From positions 61,256,001 to 61,320,000 of the forward strand of contig NC_134474.1 of NCBI RefSeq assembly GCF_964194025.1: a stretch of DNA of 64,000 nucleotides, given 5' to 3'. Source of the stretch: Convolutriloba macropyga (lineage: Eukaryota). The notes under the pieces are model-generated. The model was not told the DNA's origin. It did not search any database and saw only the letters and a program-made list of their open reading frames with translations. Below are positions 38,290 to 51,329 of this stretch, in pieces. How positions within the stretch are numbered: position 1 is the first letter of the stretch; each line of letters begins with the position of its first letter. The position numbers were made by a program, and so were the translations under genes.

Positions 38290-39620
38290 AGCTCACTACG
38301 TTAGTTCAGTAGAAATCTGACTGTTCATTTTATTTGTGTTTGAATTGGGCCTAAATGTTGGTAAATTACTGATGATAATGATGTCCCTGAATAATGGCAA
38401 AAATGTGAGGAGGTCGCGTCTATATATGTACAAGTAAATTAGCAGTTTTTTAAAAACTTTTCTTACAATCGTAGCGGCTTGTATTGTCGTTTAGCATCCA
38501 TACTATTATTTTCTTCTAAAATTTAGGCCAAAAATTTTTCATCATTCTGTCTGTGTGCTTTGTGAGTTTGCAATCAAATTTCTCTAAATGAGTAATAGTT
38601 TTTCAATAACGGCATTAATTTTTCATCTCTTTAGCTACACCCATTTGTTAAGTATTCACAGAATTGTTAAGTCCACTATGGTTTTCAACAGTCACTTTAG
38701 AACATGTCTGCAAAACATAGTTGATTGTGTTTGCAAATGTGCTTGGAAAATTGTTTAAGCAAAGGACAACTTTGTGAGATGAGGTTCTACGAAATTAAGA
38801 AGTTTACCGCCTGCCTATACCAATAGAATGAATTTTTTTGTGCGGAGCGGTATCATAATCTTTGGAAAGATCAGATATGGAACCGTTAGTTCATTGATAT
38901 TTTCGCAATCGTATTGCTGGTATTCATAGACAAAGAATAAGAACAGCTGCAAGGTAACTGATCTATTTTTTTCTACAAAAATCATTGCAATGGTTGAGGT
39001 TCTTCCCACATTTTTGTGTTTTTTGTCAAAAAGATTTAATTCAAGTGCTTTTGAAATGCGGCAGAGAATGCTGGTTGGTCTGTATTAAGTCATATTAGTT
39101 TTGTCTTCATCTTTAAAACTGGTATTGAGTTTGCTAATGTTACAAAACCACGGTAGGATCTTTTGTAAAGGTTCTCTTCCGCAAACATGCACTACAAGGC
39201 AACTGGATTAAACATCTCAGAAGGAAAAACCAACACATACTGAAATGTAACAACATAACATTTATCGGAAATATTTTTTGCCCTTTTTGGTAGCGCAAAC
39301 ATCTGTCTGAGAGGCTGCCATGGTTCTAAACTCATAACATGGGTTACTGTTATCGAGGTAAGACATGTCAGTTTCGTACTAATTCAAATCTATATCGCGG
39401 CTCCTTGAACCCAGCATACTGCTAAAAGTTTTGAGTACTACGCTTGTTTGAGTTATAATTGCATAAGCTGCAGAGATGTTTCTGATTGTTTGCTGACCGT
39501 CTATTCAATGAAAATTATTCCAAATAAGTCAGTTTGCGGCTGCTGCAGTTTCCACATCTGAAAACAATATGATGTGTGCAGTTGTTTTTTTCTTAGCTTT
39601 GCTTTGTAATGGACATTCGG
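38290..39620 (-). mobile_element. Decayed CR1/Jockey-like LINE RT
   Basis: DKTNMT*YRPTSILCRISKALE...KNRSVTLQLFLF...ELTVPYL, matching the NYRPISLL / RSxxxQL / YLDF motifs. Confidence 0.7.
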
Positions 39621-39629
39621 GTTGAAATC

Positions 39630-42420
39630 TTATCCAACATTTCGATTGTTTGTGGAGATATCATCTATCCTGAAAGTATAAGCTAGACAATGATCAGTCC
39701 AAACAAAGAGGTCACTGAATTATTTCATTTTTTTTAAAATGTTTTCCAATGAAAGTTAGTCCAAATCTGTCAGTTTTTGGTTGCTGCAGTTTCCACATCT
39801 GCAAATAATACGATATGTGCCGTTGTTTTTTTGTATCACTAACATTATTTTTCGTTTTAGTAGTTTTTACGGATTGTATTCTTCAAAGTGATGTCCTTGA
39901 TAAATATTATCCAAAATTGGAATAGTATTCAGACACAAATTATGTTTTATTCTGATTTATTTATTTTTTCTACGTTTGTGCTCACCAGTTTTGTGATTTC
40001 ATGTTTGCACTGTCCAAATGCGAGCGCCATATATTTATAATGATTAACTTTGTACTGGCATGCGCTCCGTAAACGATGGTCGCATCAAATACTCTTGAAA
40101 GTGTTGCGTCCACCTATTGCATGGCACGTGTCCCTATACAGTGAACCCTTGTAAAAATATAGGCTGGGGGAATGAAAAAAAGGAACAATTTTTTATAATT
40201 CAGTTTTAATTCATCAATTGTTTTGCGACAGGCAAAGTAGACAGTTTTCCAGAGCAAATCAAAATTCTATTTGCTAGGGTTGTAGAAAAAATTTTGGAGG
40301 AGATTGGACAAAAAATTGACTCGAAAACTGACAAGACGGATTCAAATATTGACAGATTACAGATGAAAAATTCAAAGAAGCAAGGTTTCCGCAAAGGTAG
40401 AGAAAAATCTGAAGCCAAAAACATGTAGAACGAAAGGTAAATGCAATACTGGGACCAATGGGATTGAAAACAAATGTGATCGAAATAGAAGATCTGTGAA
40501 ATTTTAGCCTGCAAAAGATAAAACCAGTGCAATATTAGTTTGTGTCTCATTTCAATACAATGAACTACTTTGGAATTGCAATGAACATCAAGAACTGAGA
40601 ATAGTTAGCCGCAAGAAAATATTGTCAGTGTTGTTAAATGCATTTAAAAAAAATCAAATTCTCAAGACAAGGAATTAAGCGATCAATGAAACCTACACAC
40701 GAAAAGAAGAAAACATCGAATACTAGACTTGCTTTGTAATGGAAAAGTTGCTTCAATCGAGACAAAGTTCCATCCAGCATTTCGATTGTTTGTGGGGATA
40801 TCATCTATCCTCAATTGATTAGCTAGACAATGATCAGTCTAAACAAAGAGGTCACTGAAAACTTTAATTTTTTGAAAATTTTTTTTTCCAATGAAAGTTA
40901 GTTCAGTTCTGTCAGTTTCTGGCTGCTGCAGTTTCCATGTCTGAAAACAATACGACGTGAGCAGTTATTTTCCTTTATGTCACTTACGTTGTTTTTCGTT
41001 ATAGTTTCTATAGATTGTGTTCTTCAAAGTAATGTTCTGGAAGCTACAATCTGTGATAAATTTTTTAAATAGTCTACCAGTGTACCCCGAAACATTTTAT
41101 TTCTGTTTGAGCTCTTGATTTTTATTATTTACTGTGGTATCAGAGGCTGGACTTTGTTTGGGTAGCCCCAGTTAACCGGCATATCAGATTCTGGCAGAAG
41201 AATTTATAACAGAAAAATCTTCGATTGCATATTTGGTATCAGGCATTTGGCCTTTTTTTGGTCATAAAGAATACTTTTTCTTAGTCTGGGCTTTTATTTG
41301 TTGCTCTTAAAGTGCGCAATCATCCAAAAACTTGTTAGCATTGCAGTTCTACTGTGTTTTTATAATATGAACAATGGCAAGCGGAGTGTCAGGAAGTTGA
41401 CAAAATGTATTTTGCTGTTATGCTGTCAAACTCCGTTAAAAAAATTGGAGGAGATTGAACAATAATTTGAGTCAAAAACTGACAAGACGGTTTCAAATAT
41501 TGACAGATTACAGATGACAAATTTCAAGATGCAAGGTTTCCCCGAAGATACAGAAAATTTTGAATCTAAAAAACATGTAAAAAGATAATACATGCATTAC
41601 TGGGTCCATTGGAATTGAAAACAAATGTGATCGAATAGAAGGTCTGTGCAATTTTAGCCTGCAAGAGGTAAAACCAGTACAATATTAGCTTTTGTCTCAA
41701 CTCAATACAGGGAACTACTTTGACAATTACAATAAACATCAAGAACTGAGAAGAGTCAGCCGCCAGAAATATATTGTCAGCGCTGTTACAAAACCATTGA
41801 AAAAAAATCAGATTCTCAAGACGAGAAATGAACCGATCGATGAAACCTACACACGAAAGGAAGTAAACATCGAATCCTAAATTTGCTTTGTAATGGAAAA
41901 GTTTTTACAATCCAGTCATACTTCCATCCAGCATTTTGATTGTTTGTGGAGATATCATCTATCCCAAAATGATTAGCTAGACAATGATCAGTCCAAACAA
42001 AGAGGTCACTGAAAACTTTAAATTTTCTTGAAAATTTTTTTCCTAATAAAATTTCTCCAAATCTGTCAGTTTTTGAATGCTGCAGTTTCCATGTGTGAAA
42101 AAAATACTACAGTAGCGATTAATTTCTTCTGCATTACTCACGTTGCTTTTCGTTATAGTTTCTATAAATTGTATTCTTCAAAGTACAAAGTATTGTTCTA
42201 GAGAAAACACTCTGTGATAAATTTTTTAAGTGGTCTACAAGTCTACCGCTGAGGCTGTTTGTTTCTGTTTTAGCTCTTGCTTGTCATTATTTACTGAGAT
42301 ATCAGAGACTGAACTTTATTCGGGTAGCCTCAGTTAAGAGAGATATCAGATTCCGGCGGAAAATTTTTACGAGAAATGTCTTCGATTGCATATTTGGCCC
42401 TACCTTTTTGGCCATAAGGA
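39630..42420. repeat. ~1.15-kb-period tandem duplication of rearranged LINE fragments
   Basis: Module cca(a/g)catt...gattgtttgtgg(a/g)gatatcatctatcc at ~39634, 40773, 41927; ORF1-like module at ~40280 and 41435. Confidence 0.7.
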
Positions 42421-42559
42421 GAATTTTTTGTTGGTCAAATTTTTGGAGGCCCCTGGAGGCCACTTCCCTCAGTTCCCGTTTTATTCTAAGTTAGAATTGT
42501 GCTATCAGTACCGTTGACACCAGCCAAACATCTCCCGGCCATATTTGTAGAGAGCCTTC

Positions 42560-45500
42560 ACCGTACAAGTGAGTGTTTTTTTTGTTTCAAATGTAAGAAA
42601 ATATGTTTTCGCTTTAGCTCATTGCGAATTTTAAGTAGCGCAAATATCAGAAGATTGATTTGTTCAATTGCTAGATGTACTTTCTTCTCCACTGCAGAAC
42701 TGTTGATCTGGACAGAATAACAACCGTTGAGTAAAAGTTTGCTGGTGCTGATTGAGATAGCTCTGATCCGCGAGGTAACAATACTATGCAATGAAATAGC
42801 GTTAATAAAGAAACGGGAATTGAACTTTCTAAAAGCTAAAAAAACTAGACTCGTCAGGAATTGAAGCGATGCCTCTTCCACTATCACAGTTATAGTATCA
42901 ACGAAAAATGAAAGACTGATGAATTTCAATTTGAGTTGGTACAGGAAAAATCAAGATGCATCAAGGAGTTGAAAACAAGAGCAAACACTAATCCAGCAGT
43001 CATTGAGGGGTCGATAAACCCCCAAAGCGTCGTCATTTATATGTAGGTTGATTGAGTCAGAACATAACAACATCAGAAATGAATGAGCACTGTATAGAAA
43101 GTAATGTTGAATGGCTTCATATTCGCCGAAATTTGAAGCTCATCTGAAGGTTTGTATTGTATAAATAAATTTGACGAGGATAAAGTTAAGTTAGCTGATT
43201 TCTGGCCTAAAAATGTTACGGAGTCTAGATTAATGAAGCTGCCCTTGAGTGGCTAAAATGGATCAAAATTGAGTACTAGCCATTGTTCAATTCAATCAAA
43301 AGACGAAACGCAAATCTACGGAATTAAAAGTTTTTCTCTTTAATGCACGCTCTGTCAGGATCAAAACAAAAGTAATATATATGCCCTCTTGGAAGCGAAT
43401 GAAATTAGATTTGGGGTGTTTAAAGAAGTGTGGATTTCAAAAAAACTTTGATGACGATTGTATTCTAAAGCAGTGCTGTCCCTAGAATCTTGTTTTCTAC
43501 AAGGCACCTTGGGTTAATCAAAGAGGAGATGGAATTTGCCTTGTTTACAGATGTCATCTCCGTTTAGAAAAATTGTAAAAATTTGTCCCTGATACTTTTG
43601 AATGCGATTACGCTTTTTAAAGGGTTGGGCTGCCACTTTTTTCACTATTTACCGACCACTTAGTTCAAATGTTTATTCTTTTGTTGATCACTTTACTGTT
43701 CTTCTTGGAAAAAGGCTACAGTTTGACAAAATTGTTCTCCTGGGTGATTTTAAAGGTTGAAGATTTTGGCCTGGCTCAATACGTCTGCCTGAAAACGCAT
43801 AGTAGTGGTGGGATTCTTGACCACCTTATAGCGTCAAGCAATATTTCAATTAAATTTAAATTGAATAGTTTCATTACTTCCTTGGACAATTCATTTATCT
43901 GCTTGTCGATCAGCAATGTGAATCAAAGCAAATCAATAAAACAATTGATATATAGAAATTGGCAGAAAAAAAAATTCTTAAGAATTCGTTAGTTATTCAA
44001 ACCATTTTAAATGTCTTAATTTGTCGCAAGTATTGATGAAGCATGAGATTTTTAGCTCAGGTTGAAGGAGAATATATTGGATATTGTTATTTTACACAAA
44101 AAAATTATTACTAAATATCTATGTCCAATTTTTGACGACAACTTTTCCAGTTTGAAACGAAAACAGAGAAGAGCAGAGCGTTAATATATATAATGTAAAA
44201 CATCTGAATTAGTATCCGGACTTGAAATGGTTGCATATTTATTTTTTAAAATTCTACATGAAGCGTAGATTGTACATTGAGAAAGCGTTGATAAAAAATT
44301 GTAGTTGTACAAAGTTTATTGCCTACTCGTTCTATTGCCTACTGGTCAAGATGTAAAAGAAATCAAGAAATATGAAAACAAAAAAAGATGGGAAACAAAT
44401 TCAAGGAGTTTTTTATATCAAAACGGGAAACTTTTAATGCATTGACTTTTTCTGTGATGTGTCATGAAATTGTGAAAACTGACGCAAACCTGATGAATTT
44501 GTTCGTAGAGTTGTCGATAAGTCAGCTTAAAGATTTGATTTCATCAAGCAGTACCTATCTATTGCAAAGAGATTATTTTTTTCTCTTGACCTCCTGAAAA
44601 TTTTAATTTCGCGCTGGAGGTGGAATGCTTTACCCAGTCCTTCGAAATGGCCATTGTTAAACCCCACTTGCAAAAAATAAAGCCTATTTGTCAAGAATTT
44701 TTAAACTATTGACCCATCTTAAACCTTTGTTAATTTTACAACTTTTAGAACGGGCTGTTTTAATGTGAACGCGTGAAAACTTGCAAACATTTTTTGCAAC
44801 CACACAAGCGCTAATAGCAAGTTTTTTTTCACATAAACTGCCCTGTTAGGGTGACAATTGATTTGCTCAAGTTTTGTTTACCACGCTTCGCTAAATCAGG
44901 GGGCCTTTCACTTGACACATACAATTCTGCGAAAGTCGTTTAATGGTGCTTAGCTCTGATTAGTCTGGAACAAAACTGTGTATTCGTTTATTTGTAGAAG
45001 GAATAGTTTTATTTGCGATTTTGAACTTCCAGAAGACGCCAACTTTTCTAACAATGTTATTTTGCTTAGCTTCATTTTAGATTCCAAGTTTTGTACCCAA
45101 CAAGATGTTTCTGTGTGTTGTAGATGTTATTTTTTTCCTGTGAAAATTTTATTCCATCAGAGATTCAGTAGACATCAAGGCGTTGATCGAGTTAGTTCAG
45201 CTAATGATTCTCTCGAGACTATGTTACTGCAACTCATTGTATTATGGACTACCTGTCGATAATGAACTGAAATTACAGCGTATAATGAACCCAGCATGTC
45301 TCATGTTTAGACGATCACTTGATTCACCAGCAGCAAATTTGGGCGACGATCATTCAGGTTTCCTGGTCCTCATGAATGGAATAAATTGCCTTTTGAAATA
45401 AAACTAATACCCCGTGAGATTGGTTATCGGAAAAAAACTGAAAGTTTTTTATTTCATCTTTGATTTTGAAAGCTCTTTTGAGTTTTTAAATGGTGCGTAA

Positions 45501-46770
45501 ACCTATAATAATAAATAGTATTTTCAGAATCAATACCTGACAATGTACGCCGACTTTTGCTCCACAAAAGTTTTTATCAATTATAACATAACCTGTTGTA
45601 TAATAAAAGTTCAAAATCTGAAACTACCGTGAGCACCGTTTTAAACCCCACTTGCAAAAAATAAAGCCTATTTGTCAAGAATTTTTAAACTATTGACCCA
45701 TCTTAAACCTTTGTTAATTTTACAACTTTAGAACGGGCTGTTTAAATGTGAACGCGTGAAAACTTGCAAACATTTTTTGCAACCACACAAGCGCTAATAG
45801 CAAGTTTTTTTTCACATAAACTGCCCTGTTAGGGTTACAATTGATTTGCTCATTAGATTTCGACAAGTCAGAAAGCAATTTTTTAGTGCTGATCTGTATA
45901 TATCAGCTGCTTTTGACTCTAATGATAGCGAATTACTGTTTTTTGATTCTTGAGTGTGTTGACCGATGGTGAATGTTCGATGCCAAGAACTATAAAAAAG
46001 GGTGTTCCTCAAGAATGTGTAGAAGGTCCCGATCTTTTTGAATGCTATCTTGTTCCTCTGGAACCTCTGCTTGAATGTCCAGGTTTCAATCATCATTTTT
46101 TAGCCGTCGATATTGTTATCTGTTTTGTTTACCACGCTTCGCTAAATCAGGGGGCCTTTGACTTGACACATACAATTCTGCGAAAGTCGTTTAATGGTGC
46201 TTAGCTCTGATTAGTCTGGAACAAAACTGTGTATTCGTTTATTTGTAGAAGGAATAGTTTTATTTGCGATTTTGAACTTCCAGAAGACGCCAACTTTTCT
46301 AACAATGTTATTTTGCTTAGCTTCATTTTAGATTTCAAGTTTTGTACCCAACAAGATGTTTCTGTGTGTTGTTGATGTTATTTTTTTCCTGTGAAAATTT
46401 TATTCCATCAGAGATTCAGTAGACATCAAGGCGTTGATCGAGTTAGTTCAGCTAATGATTCTCTCGAGACTATGTTACTGCAACTCATTGTATTATGGAC
46501 TACCTGTCGATAATGAACAGAAATTACAGCGTATAATGAACCCAGCATGTCTCATGTTTAGACGATCACTTGATTCACCAGCAGCAAATTTGGGCGACGA
46601 TCATTCAGGTTTCCTGGTCCTCAAGAATGGAATAAATTGCCTTTTGAAATAAAACTAATACCCCGTGAGATTGGTTATCGGAAAAAACTGAAAGTTTTTT
46701 ATTTCATCTTTGATTTTGAAAGCTCTTTTGAGTTTTTAAATGGTGCGTAAACCTATAATAATAAATAGTA
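42560..46770 (+). mobile_element. Decayed L2/CR1-clade LINE
   Basis: Endonuclease FNARSV, RGDGICLVYR, IYRP, LGDF, THSSGGILDHLI; RT MAIVKPHL, SAAFD, GVPQECVEGPDLF; ILSRLCYCNSLYYGLP; (AAT)n tail. Confidence 0.85.
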
Positions 46771-46889
46771 TTTTCAGAATCAATACCTGACAATGTACGC
46801 CGATTTTTGCTCCACAAAAGTTTTTATCAATTATAACATAACCTGTTGTATAATAAAAGTTCAAAATCTGAAACTACCGTGAGCACCGT
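44657..46889. repeat. Near-identical tandem duplication of LINE 3' half plus flank
   Basis: 44657-45639 vs 45641-46889; first copy lacks ~270 bp corresponding to ~45851-46121. Confidence 0.92.
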
Positions 46890-47134
46890 GTTCAACGATA
46901 AAAACATAAATCAGGAGCGCTATAAATGGATCCAAGTTTATCGTAATCTGGAAAAGGTGGTGGAACAAGTTTTCATTGGGCAACTCGTGTTTCAGATGTT
47001 TTTTTTTAACATGATCAGGTCTCCTTTTTTTAACCCTCGAAAAGAGAGGTGATCCACACAAGCCGATTCATTACAAGGCCGAAGAGAAATGTTGAGAATT
47101 TCTCTATTTAATAAGTTATCGGTTGAAGGAAGAA

Positions 47135-47512
47135 GGCAGGTAGTTTTCTACATGTTGAGGAATGTTGTATTCCAAGTGAAAACTAACAAATCTAGGTCTC
47201 TATAAGTCACTCAATCTTCCGGTTATTTGGTACGGGTTCTCATGCCTCCCGAAATTTAAGCAACATTTTCCGCTGTGAATTTGACAAATTTATGAGCAAT
47301 TTGAACGGATTTCACGTGGGATTTGTCCCACGTGAAATCCATTCAAATTGCTCATAAATTTGTCAAATTCACAGCGGAAAATGTTGCTTAAATTCCTGGA
47401 GGCATAAGAACCCGTACCAAATAACCGGAAGATTGAGTGACTTATAGAGACCTAAATTTGTTAGTTTCCACCTGGAATGCAACATTCCTCAACATGTAGA
47501 AAACTACCTGCC
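47135..47512. repeat. 378-bp near-perfect palindrome (fold-back)
   Basis: Arms ~187 bp, GGCAGGTAGTTTTCTACATG... / ...CATGTAGAAAACTACCTGCC; centre CACGTGGGATTTGTCCCACGTG. Confidence 0.95.
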
Positions 47513-47893
47513 CACGTGCTTATGGAAAACCGGCAGAATTCCATCTGGATTTCCTCTGTTAGTAATCTTTCCAGTTAACCCAAAAATGGGTCCATTAAAC
47601 TTCTGATGATTATACGTTGATTGATGTAAAAAACGAACGAAACGGCCAAAGTAACGTTGACTAAAATTGGCATCTAAAACGGGCAGCTTAACATGAAAAA
47701 TTACATATTTTGCGCTTACGTGTGTAAACGAGTGTACTACCAAGCAACTTGACTTGTAAACGGAACAGCAAAATACGACAATTTTCATACCACAGCGGGT
47801 GTTAAGGACCGATTAATAAGTCTAGAGAAAATTTGTCTCATTTTTCCTTTTGTGCCCCCGGTACGTTATGAACCCTCCCCCTCAGTTAAAGAG

Positions 47894-48020
47894 GGGTTTT
47901 ACCCATTATAGCCCCCCATGGAAATATAGCCCCCCATTATGGTATATTTACCGTGATTGGGGGGGGGTATAGGTTATCTGACCACTAAGCTGGGGGGGGG
48001 GGCTATATTGGGAAAGACCC
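47894..48020. mobile_element. 127-bp MITE with GG-starting TIRs and 8-bp TSD
   Basis: TIR GGGTTTTACCCATTATAGCCCCCC / GGGGGGCTATATTGGGAAAGACCC; TSD TTAAAGAG at 47886-47893 and 48021-48028. Confidence 0.85.
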
Positions 48021-48440
48021 TTAAAGAGCATGTGCCATTAAATAGTAATTAATTGTGTAAAAACATGGTACGTGCGTCTGTGCGGTGGAAATATTATGCA
48101 CCTAATGGTGTTTTAACATAAGAAGGCGGGGACAGTAGCAAATCCCTGCAAATTAGCCAATCCAAAACAAGAAGAACAATTCAATCGCACGAGAACAAAA
48201 GTTGCTTGGTTGTATGGTTAATTCGATTTTATTTATTTCAGATAGTATTTGATAGAACTGCGAAATGAATTTATAGACAGCCGATATTTTTTTTTACTAC
48301 ACGGCCTGAACCAGGCTCTCAAAGCTTTGTTAACGTTTACTTAACAATTTACGTTGAAATTGAAGCCGTCCATAGCGTGACGTAGATATCATTTACTGCA
48401 ATCTGCGGGTACAATTGCCCTAAGATAAGAACGGGCAGTC

Positions 48441-48608
48441 ATGGCCAGCAATGGAGAGCAGATCGATCGTGATCAAATGTTAGTGACATTTCAAGAGGTC
48501 ACTGATACCGAGGACACCGCTTTTGCCCTTGAGATTCTGGAGAGACTCAATTGGGATCTGGAGATGGCAGCCAACCACGTGTTCACCTACGGGCATACTC
48601 TTCCCCAA
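48441..48608 (+). CDS. FAF1: FAS-associated factor 1 / Caspar-like, exon 1 (UBA-like domain)
   Basis: MASNGEQIDRDQMLVTFQEVTDTEDTAFALEILERLNWDLEMAANHV resembles the FAF1 N-terminus (MASNMDREMILADFQACTG...NNWDLVAAIN); GTAAG donor, phase 0. Confidence 0.85.
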
Positions 48609-48739
48609 GTAAGATGCTTGGGTCTTAACAAGCTCTCAAGGGAATCATTTTAATGATATTTTCCCTCAATATCCCCTGACTATTCAGTTTGGCATTTAAT
48701 CTTTTGTGACAATTGCGTTCTTAAGAAGTTTTGTCGTAG

Positions 48740-48957
48740 TTAGGAAACATGTTTCAGCCCATTCCATCGTTGACTGAAGACCCTGGACCGATAGGCACAG
48801 ACCTTTCAGCAGACGTAGCTTCACCTGATCCTATTAGCGGTGGCGCTTTGAGATACTTGGACACCGAGGGCCACCGCGTCACCATGACAGCCGGTGGTAG
48901 CCGACCATGTGACTTCCAAAAAGGTGCTGCAACTCGTAGTCCCAGATCAAGATCTAG
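48740..48957 (+). CDS. FAF1: FAF1-like exon 2
   Basis: AG acceptor at 48738-39 (alternative in-frame AG at 48756-57), open frame LGNMFQP...RSPRSRS, GTGAGT donor, phase 2. Confidence 0.75.
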
Positions 48958-49104
48958 GTGAGTATCCGCTCTCTCGCTTTTCCTATATTTCTTCTTAGTT
49001 TTGATACTTCGTCTTGGCTTTCTCGTCAAAGGTGCTCATAAGCCTAAGAAACACTAGATATTGTTATTTAGATCGCTTTTTGTTTCACGATGAGTTCGCT
49101 CTTA

Positions 49105-51130
49105 TTATTTGCTCTCAAACGAAGTTTGTAGCAATTATATTAGTCCTGTCGGGCTTTTTTTATGGGATTTTTCGCTTGACCGATTTTGCGTCTGACGCTT
49201 TTGACTTTTCGTCCTCAAAGCAGGATAAACAGGTGGCGCCCAGCGGGCATTAAGTGCTCTTAGGGCCTTTCAACTCTGTTTCAGCTCAAACTGTTTTGGA
49301 GACTTATACTTATGGTGTGAAGGGCGGTTCTTAGAGGTTGAAGAGCACCCCCCCCCCCACTATTGACCCCCCCCCCCTACTATTGCCACCACACACCCCC
49401 ACCCCACTGTTTCCCCTCCTCCCTCCCCAATAGCCCCCCACCGTGTGCACCCCCCCCCCCCCCCACAGTGGCTACTGACGAACAACCGATCGCTACAAAC
49501 ATGCAACTTTATACTAATCAATAGCCGCCCTCGTCTTCTCAGCCGGCTATTATAGCGCTCCTATTTTCTTTTACTTCGTCGAACTTTTTTTCGCTTTACC
49601 CATTTTGCCGCTTTTTCGACATTTTGCGTGAAATCTTTAGACTTCTCTAGGCTAGTTTCACTCTTCTATCATTCTGCTGGGAGTCTTTTTAAACAGCAGC
49701 TGCTCAGCAAAACAATTCAAAATGAAGAGAGTCAGTATTAAAAAATCAAAGTCAGAGATAGAAACAGGATAAATCCATAAAGCCCATTTCTAGATGCCCG
49801 ATACTTGAACTTTGTTCTCATAAGTTTTAGTTACTATCTATAATGCTTATTGGTATTGATACTAGACCCTGTAGCCTCTCACTGAGAGACAGGAGTATGT
49901 TCAATTACGAAATATCATCAAATTAAATCGCACTTAGAAATGTTGGACAAAAATCAATTTTTGTTGATATTTTCTTTTCTTTCAATCCCAATAGAGTTAT
50001 GGGAATCAACGGCGGCTATTTTCCGGCAATCTGCCGGGTATGTTTTTCAATTTTTTTCAAGCTTTTTGAAAAGTTTTGTCAGTTTTTGAGTTTGTTCAGC
50101 CCTAGGTGTCAAGAAAACTCCTCTAGGCTTTATAATAGGTTACTGAATAGTTTTTAGTGGCAGTGGAATGGTTTCAACATTTTAACATAACGATATTTTT
50201 GTATTTTTTTGACAAAACGTGCAAGTTTTTTGAACTTTTTTACATTTCTTTTTCATTATCCACTTCTTTCCAGACGCAGGGGCCAAAAAACGTCCATAGG
50301 GATTTGAAGTTACTGAAAAAAATTTATTTGCCTTGAAATAGCCTTGAATTTTTTAATATGTAGTTTTTTACCGATTTTTTTGATAAAACTTGCGTTTTTT
50401 TAAGTTTGAAAATTTTCGTCGGTTTTTGGGTTTTTCCAGCCTGAAGTGCCAAGGAACCTCCTCTAGATTTTGATTTTAGGTTACTGCATAGCTTCTAGAT
50501 GTAATGGGACAGTTTTCAAGATTTTATTATCAGCAATTTTAAAAAATATTTGCGATTGTTTCAAGTTTTTTGAATATTTTTAAATTTTCTATCATTTTTT
50601 CCGGCACCAGGGTCCTAGGGACCTCCTCCAAGGTTTGATATTCAGCTGTCACATAGTTTCTGGGGACAATGGACAGGTTATCAATGATTTCATGCCTCCA
50701 GCCTGAGCAATTTTTTGATAAAATTTAATTTTCAATTTTCCGGAAATTTATCATTTTCCAAAATTCGCTATTTTCACCAAAATTTTTGATTATTTTTGTT
50801 CTTTTCTGAGGATAACGATCATTACTGGCCAACGAAGTTGTTCAGATCTTGCAGACGCGTTACTTGGCATAACTCCAGAAACAAAAAAAATAGTTCTGAT
50901 TTTTTTCACTGTGAAATCTGGAAGCTATTCTTTTGAATTTTGCAATATTTTGCAGTTTTTTTGAAATATCAGTTTTTATTTGATTCTTTTACTGACAAGG
51001 CTAGAAAACTAAAAGTTGCAGAGTCGGTTTAAGCTAAAGCTTTTCTCACTAAACCTTGGCTGGCTACTGACGAAGCCAAACGCTCGCCGGTCGTTTGAGA
51101 GCAATTCGCCCAATGCTGAGGTCAATTATA
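49105..51130 (+). mobile_element. HINE-like family B composite copy with nested family C
   Basis: TTGCTCTCAAACG...CGTTTGAGAGCAATT subTIRs; C-rich tract and ~170-bp AT-rich internal repeats. Confidence 0.65.
49519..50046 (+). mobile_element. HINE-like family C, copy 1
   Basis: AATAGCCGCC...GGCGGCTATT subTIRs, internal IR CGGCTATT near the 5' end, hairpin CCGGCAATCTGCCGG, TATGTTT end. Confidence 0.72.
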
Positions 51131-51329
51131 CAATTTTATTCGCAGATGTTTTTACTATATCTAGCAATATCAGTTGTAATGCAATTTAAAAGTTATTCTT
51201 TTTATAATTAAATTGTTTTCATTTAAATTAAGGGACAAAACAGTAAAATAACGAGTTTCGTGTAATAATGTTTTTCGTTGAAACAAAAACTTCTGAAATA
51301 TTGTTTCTGTTATGCCTACTTTTGACTTA

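Noticed and set aside
45183-46652. Duplicated 72-aa ORFs as a gene pair
   Set aside because: They are the C-terminal part of L2 LINE ORF2 inside the tandem duplication
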